DNA of 57,208 bases, counting the filler, from Trichosphaerium sp. ATCC 40318 (taxonomy: Eukaryota > Protista > Tubulinea): assembly GCA_038496445.1 (NCBI GenBank). It is 2 parts of 2 records of this genome, joined end to end, with 100 filler letters (N's around TTAATTAATTAA, not from the genome) between each part and the next. Parts side by side here need not be neighbours in the genome. Positions count along the whole stretch, not along the records: positions 25,749 to 57,208 come from JALMLS010000265.1; 1 more part is not named here. The stretch is one strand, 5' to 3'. A program made the translations under genes and the position numbers. The notes under the pieces were generated by a model. That model was not told where the DNA came from and searched no databases. It saw only the letters and a list, made by a program, of their open reading frames with translations. Positions 49,101 to 57,208 of this stretch are shown here, in pieces. Each line of letters opens with the position of its first letter. The first letter of the stretch is position 1.

Positions 49101-51128
49101 ACCACCTCCACATCCTAGATTAAAATCGTATAATTACAACTCTAAAACATACGAGAAACATCGTGATGTTGGTAAGTTTCCACTCTATGTTCAATCAATA
49201 CCTGGTCGTCTAAGGGTACGTATAATGTTTACAAACTCTGTTGGTATACTCAAGGGCATAATAATGACATTTTATAGCTACAAACGTCTCACAACTGGCC
49301 GAAAGAAAAAGAAGCTTTGGATAATGTTAAGTTAGCTTTCGCTATCCGAATTAGTACAGAGTACGTTTACATCAGTTGTTTTTATGAGTACTCTCCTCTC
49401 TTTACTAACAGTGAAATGCATAGGCTGTTTAGAAAGTTTCAAATACGGTCTCGCGTCCACGACAAGTTCATGTACATATTTTTTAAGGGCTATTCTTGGA
49501 AAGTTGGTACGCTGCAAGCAGTCATATTTTGGAAGTTTAAACTTACGGATTTCATAGCGTTGTGGTCCACTGAAGATGAGCAAATAACTCAAAAACTTAT
49601 TGGTATGTGCTTTTTTTTTTGTGATCTCTTGTTTATGTTGCCTTTCTTTCTCTAACTCAGTCAGATGAGGAAGTTTTAACAATCACAAAAGAGGATTTAT
49701 CAAAGCATGAAAGATTAGCTTCAAAAGTTCCTCATTTATCATCACTTGTATTGGTCTTTGCACAGTACGTTGGGTTTTTTTCTTGCTTCTTTGGTGGTGT
49801 ACTTTTGGGTTAATGTGATGTTTAGGCAGCATGTATCATTTGCAGAGGTATCTAGATTATGTAGAAGATGGATGTCAAGCCAAATGTTGTCACCAAATGC
49901 TGTTCCATACGAATTTGTAGATTTAGTGCTCGCCCACATGTATACACATCCATATCCTTTTGTTGAACCCAAATCACCTCTGAATGGCTTCTTGAGGTAA
50001 TAAGCGTTGTAGTATGAAGTATACTAAAAGTTGACGCTACTAGGTACTTACGGTTCCTTGTATCATTTGGATGGGAGACAATGCCTCTTATAGTTGATTT
50101 TCAAGATGGCACAACTGGCGAAGAGATGAGTATTCTACAAGTAAGCAGAAGCTCACTTTTACAAGCTTGTTTATGTGATTAACGTTGTTTAGCGGAAACG
50201 GATTGAGAGGCAGGATGTTGTTGCATATATTATTTACAAAGATGATCCTACAGGCGTTTTCTGGACAAAGGACATTACAGAAGATGTAAGTGAAATGTGA
50301 TTTAAACTGAATTTTTGACTAACGAATTTAGTTATTTAAAAAGCTTCTGCGTTGTGCTAATAATGCTATTGGAGTGATAAAGAACATGATGCATAGTGGA
50401 GATGAAGATTGGTTGAAAGTATTCCAGCCGATGGATCCTGAAGGTAACTTAACAGAATTGTACTTTATCTTCATCCCTCTAAAAAGTTTTGTATAGTTTA
50501 TGATTGCCATATCATGTTAAAAGAAAATTATGTACCTACAACGTTCTTAAACTTACGTAAGAACTACTACAAGGATTTTCAAAATTCAAATACACACTAC
50601 GAGTCTTTGATTCCATGCGAGATTGTAAGTCCTTTTTTATCAACTTTATTTCGGTGACAATAGCTTAAGTTTTCTTTTCCTTAAGTTTCTTGTCTACCCG
50701 CGTAGACACGTCAATAGACAACCAATCTAATATCTCTCTAGGGTAAAGATATCGAAGTTAAAGTGGATAAACCACCTCCTAATCTTCAACATGGGCTTCT
50801 TGTTGACTTTGACCCTGTTCAAGAACTCCTAAGTGTATTACGAACAAAATATGGCAACTTTGCAAACTTTTATTATGATGAAGCTGGTGGCTCTAGGATA
50901 TTTGTAAAATGGAGTAAAGATGCCTTTATGCTACGAAAACCAACTCTTCTCCTTCGAAATATAGCTCCAGTTGAGGTACCAAAGGATGTTTGATGCAACA
51001 AACTCTAATACTATTTCTAGTACTCAAGAAGTAACAAAATAGGATGTATTCCTAATGTATTTGATATACTACATGAATGGCGTATTATAGGTCAAGCTCT
51101 TATCTCCCGAATAGAGCTCAAATCGTAA
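46131..51128 (+). CDS. UTP22: U3 snoRNA-associated protein 22 / nucleolar protein 6 (Nrap family), multi-exon
   Basis: LVGSY, VDVVAIVP, AKVWLEQR, GFIVTMLVVHL, VDKGP, LWG...RRFND, RLCRRWMSSQML, SPLNGFLR and LVDFDPV..FYYD..GG motifs. Confidence 0.85.
47815..47888 (+). tRNA. tRNA-Ile (anticodon AAT), inside the long UTP22 intron
   Basis: Acceptor stem GGTCGTA/TATGACC, D-arm GCTCAGCTGGTTAGAGC, anticodon arm CCGTG-CTAATAA-CGCGG, T-arm CAGGGTTCGATCCCCTG. Confidence 0.95.
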
Positions 51129-51236
51129 TAAAAAAACAAGCACGTGTAAAACCAAAAAATAAAGAAATCGCTAGAGCACTCGTATTCAATTGCCGCTTAT
51201 TGACCGCTGAAGTAAACAAAGTCTAAAAGAAATGCA

Positions 51237-51309
51237 TTATTATACAACGCACGAACCCTAGATCCCCGGTTTAGTAGCATTGAGCTCATACCAGCTGAGC
51301 CGTACGACC
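51237..51309 (-). pseudogene. Degenerate tRNA-Ile pseudogene
   Basis: rc GGTCGTACGGCTCAGCTGGTATGAGCTCAATGCTACTAAACCGGGGATCTAGGGTTCGTGCGTTGTATAATAA aligns to the 47815 tRNA; stems broken. Confidence 0.75.
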
Positions 51310-51717
51310 TTTGCTCTTATTTCTTCTTACATAATAACCGCCTGATATGCATAACTACTCCTACTCTTGTGTCTATCTACCTGATACTCAATAGAATGAG
51401 TACGAATGACTACAAGTCAAGCTGCTCGATTTCAATGAAACTGTCAAAATATTTCTTAGCAAGTTTATACTAGCTTGGTGGGCTACTATTATGACCACAA
51501 TATCTTCTGTGGAAGGTGACTTACTAATATGAGAACTTCTTGTAAGTTGCAACGTCAAAAATGAGCGAATTTTCTTCGGGCAATATAAAAATACGACATC
51601 GGCCGATTTGCGATTGCTCACCTGAAAGTAACCTGAATTTCACCTTGACCTTCATCATGGCAACAATACACGTACACAAATACATATATATGATCATATT
51701 GTTCTAATCAAGCTAAT

Positions 51718-54472
51718 TTGAAGTCTATCAAGGATGATAGTGAAAATGTAATCGTTCCGATGAAGAAAATAGATGAAATGGATCCAGTAAGGACAGATAT
51801 AGACCCACCACGCAATCCAGTATGTATACAAGTTAAACATTTGGATTATAGCGTTAAGGCGCCTTTACGCGATAAAGATGGTACACCAGACGCGTTAATA
51901 TAGCTCGCTGACGCCGTTTTTAGACAAAGTAATAAAAAAATGGGGTATTAAACCAGTAGTCGGCGATAAAGTCATTTTAAACGATGTATCATGCACTTTC
52001 AACCCTGGAGAACTCATTGCAGTTATGGGACCATCTGGTACAACAAAATAGAGCTTTCATAACTTACACATTTGGTTGCAACGCTAACAACACTTAGGAT
52101 CAGGGAAATCGACTTTTTTAGACGTTATGACAGGTAGAGCACACAACGGAACAACAAAGGGTAAGTCATTTCAGTAACAGCCCGAAACACGTGATCTGAC
52201 ATTTAATTTATCTTCTAGGCGAAATTTTGATCAATGGTGTACCACTTGCGAAAGCCAGCAAGGTTTTTAAAAGAGTCTATGGATATGTGAAGCAAGATGA
52301 CTTATTGCTCGCTACAGCCACTGTAAAAGAGACTTTGACTTACGCTGCTTTCTTACAACTACCGAGGAGTATGTCTGACTATGAAAAGAAAGATAGGGTA
52401 ACGTAGCTATTTTCACACGTGTGAAACACGTGATTCTTATATTCTGTGTCATTAGGTTGACCTGATAATCAATGAATTGAATATTGAAAAATGTGCAAAT
52501 ACATATATTGGGTCCGAGTTCATTCGAGGTGTTTCTGGAGGTACCTTGGTCTTTGAGTTTTAGCTGAAGTATCTAATTACTTTGTATAGGTGAACGTAAG
52601 CGTGCTGCTATTGGCAGTGAGCTGATTACAACACCAAGCGTGTTTGTTCTTGACGAGCCAACTTCTGGTCTTGATAGTTCAACAGCGTATGTTGATTGAC
52701 TATTCACTTTGCTGTTGTTCTTGTTTTAACGGCTTTGTGTTAAGGTTTGAGATTGGTAAGCTACTTCGTAGACTAGCAGATTCTGGTAGAACAGTTATTT
52801 GTACAATACATCAACCAAGACAGCATTTATTCGAACTATTTGACAAACTCTTGTTACTTCATAATGGTACATGATTTTTGCTTTTCGTTTTCTCAATTCT
52901 TATTTTTTCGTTTAGGAGATATGATGTACTATGGTAAAGTCGATAAAGTCATACCATTTTTCACACGTATGGGACATCAATGCCCACAGTACTCTAATGT
53001 TGCTGATTATATAAGTACGACTAAATCATGAAAAGAAAGAAATTCATTAATGAATTAATCATAGTTGATTTGGTTGCTGGATCGTTGCCTTCCGCTGCAA
53101 GTGACAGCAACGCAAAAACGTTATCACAGAGTACGCTATATATTTTATTATTATCACGTGATTCTATAATCTAATCTGTCTCAGTCTCTGAAAAATGTCA
53201 CAAATCGAAAGAGTGCAAAAAAGCATTGAAAGCAATAAAACCATTACCTCCACCACTTGATAAGAAGAGTGCTGTCAAAGACGAAGCGTCAACAACTACC
53301 CAATTTAAGTTCTTATTTATGAAGTACGTATTCATTAAAAACACGGTCACCAATTTGCTAACAAGGTTTAAAAGGCAATGGAGAAACAACTTGAGAAATC
53401 CAACTATCCTATGGTCACAACTTTCACAACATATTTTCTTTTCAGTTTTTATCGGATTGATGTACCTACGGTTGGATAAGGACCAAAGTACTATCATAGA
53501 TAGAGGAGCTGGTATTTTCTATGTGTTGTTGACAGTCACATCAGTTCCCGCCTTCACAGCTGCATTTGTTTGTGCGTTTTTTAAAAAAGTTTTTACCCTT
53601 TCTTGTTTTGTTTATTAATTGTTTGTTTCTGTAGTTCCAGAAGAACGTCCTATTTTTAATAGGGAGAGATCAAGTGGTATGTATAGGGTTTTACCGTACT
53701 ACCTTGCAGCAACACTTGCAGACTTGCCTTTCCAACTTTTCTACATTGCATTGGACGCTTCGATAACATACTGGCTGGTACCCTTCATTATTCTCACAGC
53801 TCATTCATTTATGACTTCTTAGATTGGCTTAAATGGTTCATTTACTAAGTTTCTTATCTTCACGGGCTTGATGCTTCTCGGTCTTCTTGTTGTTCAATCG
53901 GTAAACCTTTCAAAATAGTAGCATTTTTTTTCGTGACAACTTTTTTAGGCATCACTTCTTGTTGGCTCTTTCTCTGTTCAACCTGCTATAGCGACATTAT
54001 GGGTCAGTCTTGTATTCTTACTATTTATGTCATTTGGTGGATTCTTCCTAAACACTGGCAATGTCCCTGTATTCTTTAAGTACGCCTTAATCATTCAGCA
54101 ATTTCTTTTTTAGAAAATTCAATTCATCTAATTTATTGTAGGCCACTTGAGTGGATATCTCCTTATAAGTATGTATTCAGAGCGCTAATAGTTAATGACT
54201 ATACTGGCTTAACTTTTGAATGTCCGCTAGAACCTTGCCCTGATATTTGTACGCTACCAATCAATAGCACAATGTCGCCTTCAATGGGAAATGGAACAGA
54301 CACATGTTTTTTACCGTGTATTGGAGCAAGTACTGGGCTGGAAGCATTAGAGACCTTGAACTTCGATGGACATCCTATTTGGATAGATGCTGTTGTTCTT
54401 TTAGGTATGTTAGTGCTGTATAGGGTATTAGCATACCTATCTTTACGGTTCATACCAGTTGGTAAAGACTAA
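51718..54472 (+). CDS. ABCG (White-like) half-transporter, multi-exon
   Basis: Walker A GPSGSGKST, YVKQDD, signature [24 protein letters not shown]; ABC2 membrane domain with [14 protein letters not shown]. Start approximate. Confidence 0.92.
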
Positions 54473-54650
54473 ACTTGATCACCCTTTTTTTGGTTGAACA
54501 AGTAACTTGTAACTTAACAGATTACTTCACTGTACAGTTTTAACCTCCTTGATACTTCTAAATATCAACTGGTTGTATTAAAATAAATCATCTATTTAAT
54601 TGCGCTTGTACAAAGAAAGTGATACAGGTAGGTTACAAAGGGTGTTATTT

Positions 54651-55559
54651 TTAGGTTAAGTTCTTTGATACTTTTCTTTTTTTTGCCTCTTCGTTGTTTG
54701 ACGTGCCACTGTGTTTTCTCTTGTTCGAATTATTTTCTTGCCAATCACACCATTCTTTCCATTGCTGGGCATGTCGTATTCCGCTCTGATATACTTTTCC
54801 GGGTACAGTGCATCCGGATATGTCCTGGCACTTTTCGCAAAAACAAGACCATCTTTTGTATTCACCTGTATTCCTCCTTGAGAGCTTTCCTCCGCACTCA
54901 CGGCATTTGAAAAACTTGTAAGCCATCCAATAAGGGCGTAGCTTAACGCTTCTAACCTTGGTACCATACATTATCATCGAAAACTGACGTGTACAATCAA
55001 CAAGTTGATTCATCTTCTCTTTGTCCAAATCGCAAAACTTCGTTTCTGGGTGTACTTTAGCGCGAAACAAAGCTTCGTTCTTTATGATGTTTCCAACACC
55101 ACCAAACTTTGTCTGATCCATCAAAACATCGCATACCATAGAATCAGAATCCTTACACGTGTCGATCACGTGCGATTTATCAAAATGAGTTGAGCAAATA
55201 TCAAAGCGTTTGTCAATAGTTTTCAACTTTGGGTCGTCCTCCGACCACCACTGGAGTGAGCAGTTACAGAATAGAACACGTGATGACGAACCCTCAATTT
55301 GTAGAGAAAGTCTAATAGTTCTAGGATCAGCCCTTCCGAACCTTACTGAGCCATGCATCATGAAGTGGACGCGTAATAAGCCGTTCCCGAAGTCCAAGAA
55401 TAAGGTTTTACCGTAACTCCAAACTTTTTTGATCGTTTTATCGACAAGCGTCGATTTATCTATTTGTTTCGTGTTTCCTGCTACCGCTTTTACTTTCTTT
55501 CCTTGACATACGTCTCTAGTTGCTATTTTATATCTCTTTAATGTAGGACCTTCTACCAT
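54651..55559 (-). CDS. Fpg/Nei family DNA glycosylase/AP lyase (NEIL3-like MVEGP N-terminus), intronless
   Basis: 302-aa ORF; MVEGP, GKTLFL, HFMMHG, H2TH DQTKFGGVGNIIKNEALF, zinc finger CREC...FCEKCQ. Confidence 0.92.
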   Translation of the reverse strand: MVEGPTLKRYKIATRDVCQGKKVKAVAGNTKQIDKSTLVDKTIKKVWSYGKTLFLDFGNGLLRVHFMMHGSVRFGRADPRTIRLSLQIEGSSSRVLFCNCSLQWWSEDDPKLKTIDKRFDICSTHFDKSHVIDTCKDSDSMVCDVLMDQTKFGGVGNIIKNEALFRAKVHPETKFCDLDKEKMNQLVDCTRQFSMIMYGTKVRSVKLRPYWMAYKFFKCRECGGKLSRRNTGEYKRWSCFCEKCQDISGCTVPGKVYQSGIRHAQQWKEWCDWQENNSNKRKHSGTSNNEEAKKRKVSKNLT

Positions 55560-55927
55560 GACTGTTTGGACGTGACTATAACGCTGCTGGAGTGTTGAAA
55601 ACTAAGTGAAAATGTAAAATAATGCGAATTTTCCGCCTGCAAAATCTTCTACGAAATATCTTATTGTGACATCGATTCTGAGGTTTCTGGAGCTAGCATG
55701 ATATTATAGTACGTCTATTAAAGGTATATAGAGTATTTGATATAATGTAAACAAATGGTGCAATATTTGCTGAACCAAACGTTCCTGTAAACGTGCTTCT
55801 TTTTTTTTTTTTCGCTGTCAAAACGCTGCCACGAGATGAATGACGTATGTTCTTTTGATTTTTTTTTGTCAACCCGTGAGAAACGCTAAGTACACTTTTT
55901 TCACTGACTTCATTTCTAATACTGCTC

Positions 55928-57171
55928 TAGTTGAGATCATAACATAGAAGCTTACATGGTCTCAGTACCAAAACAAATGTGTGTGCACGTGGCATTGCAT
56001 TCGGTGCTTCAAATTGTGAGTAAACATACCAACAATCTACTGGTAAATAATGATCATTTATTGCTCTTTAACGTATGATTCACTAGATAAACCAATGCCA
56101 GAGCTTTTGGTACATACACCAGTTTTTGAAAAATACTCTCTGAGGCCGTGTCCTTGACATTTGCTATTTTCATACATTCTTTTGACAATAGTGCCCTAGT
56201 TTTGGAAAGAAGTGAGTAACATTCCATATCAAATCAATATTGATTTTGTACATACTTGTTCGAACAATACAGTAAACGACGTTCCTGGTGCTTCCGAGTA
56301 ACATTGATCAGTACTGTAATTCTTTGTGATTGCAGGGTTACCAGAGCAGTCTGAGTTGAGGTAATTGAGTATTGTCATATTCAATGGAGGTGGTTGTGAC
56401 TTGAAGAAAAGATAAGAATGATATACCAACATCAACTAAAATAAACAAAACATACAGGGTTAGGCTTGCATGTTACAGAGTACGAAAAATATCCATTTGT
56501 CTCACAATATCCTGTAGGGACGAACTGTACGTCTGTAAGGTCCTCACAGTTTGTTGGAGTGCTAGAGAATGTACGGAAGACTAACTAAATAATACTTAGT
56601 GATTTATAGATTATCTAGATCATACTTGATTGGTATAGTCTGACACGCAATCAACATACCGTATATCTTGGTCGGTAATAGCAGGAAAACTGTTTGTTTT
56701 ACCATAGCACTTGTTGTAAGAACGTGTCACGTTTTTAAACGGTGTACCGTTACAAGACGGTCCTTCGTATACCTATAAACAAATTAGACTCTAACATTGC
56801 AAAAAAAAACAACAGCCTGTGTAACGGAAATGAGTGACATGATACTGTTTTAAAGTAGTTTTTCACTGAAAACAAAGGCCACTGCAACAAAAAAGGTACT
56901 CATTTGCAAGAAAACTCGTAGGCTTCACAGCCTCTAGCTTAAATAAGCTTCAAAACACAAACTAATACCCGCCTTCACCTCTCCTACGCGTGTAAACGCC
57001 ATACAGAGTGGAAACTGTTGAGTTGTAGTCGACATACAAGCGGTGAATGCGAATACATTCATTTGTTCCACGTAGGTACTAAGAAGGACGTACAGCTATA
57101 GAAATTTCATCGGCGGCCAAGGTAGCTAACGCCAGCGATAGAAGGAGTAAACAGGTTGTCGCAATACGCAT
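55928..57171 (-). CDS. Secreted cysteine-rich protein, unknown function
   Basis: Signal peptide MRIATTCLLLLSLALATLA; multi-exon; repeated Y...DC.G.P......C motifs. 3' end approximate. Confidence 0.55.
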
Positions 57172-57208
57172 TTTTTGTTGTGAGGGAATAGCTATTGTTT
57201 GTTTGTTT

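Overview
AT-rich eukaryotic (protist-like) DNA with many short (~40-65 nt) spliceosomal introns. The window is two contigs joined by an artificial 100-bp linker (N44-TTAATTAATTAA-N44, 25649-25748), so adjacency across it is meaningless. All gene models and domain calls were made by eye, with no database search. Contig 1 (1-25648) is a transposon-rich region. It holds a ~3.95-kb inverted duplication, an intron-containing CACTA/EnSpm(Plavaka)-like transposase gene with an N-terminal C2H2 finger, and next to it an AlkB-like 2OG-Fe(II) dioxygenase apparently fused to a divergent SRA-like domain. It also holds a Sola1-like DDD transposase with an inserted chromodomain-like segment, convergent with a large unknown multi-exon gene; the long introns of these two genes carry arrays of the palindrome GGATCGGWCCGATCC. 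Two MITE families, one carrying TTAGGG-like repeats, sit in coding exons of these genes. Contig 2 (25749-57208) is gene-rich: LamG-like membrane protein, a thioredoxin-fold SelN-like selenoprotein (in-frame TGA plus 3' SECIS), LRR remnants, two DUF2306 paralogues, dual-SH2 RasGEF, NAPE-PLD-like hydrolase, CTF8, UTP22/NOL6 with an intronic tRNA-Ile, an ABCG half-transporter, an intronless NEIL3-like glycosylase and several small inverted-repeat elements. Single-base indels in homopolymers are common, so some apparent frameshifts may be sequencing errors.
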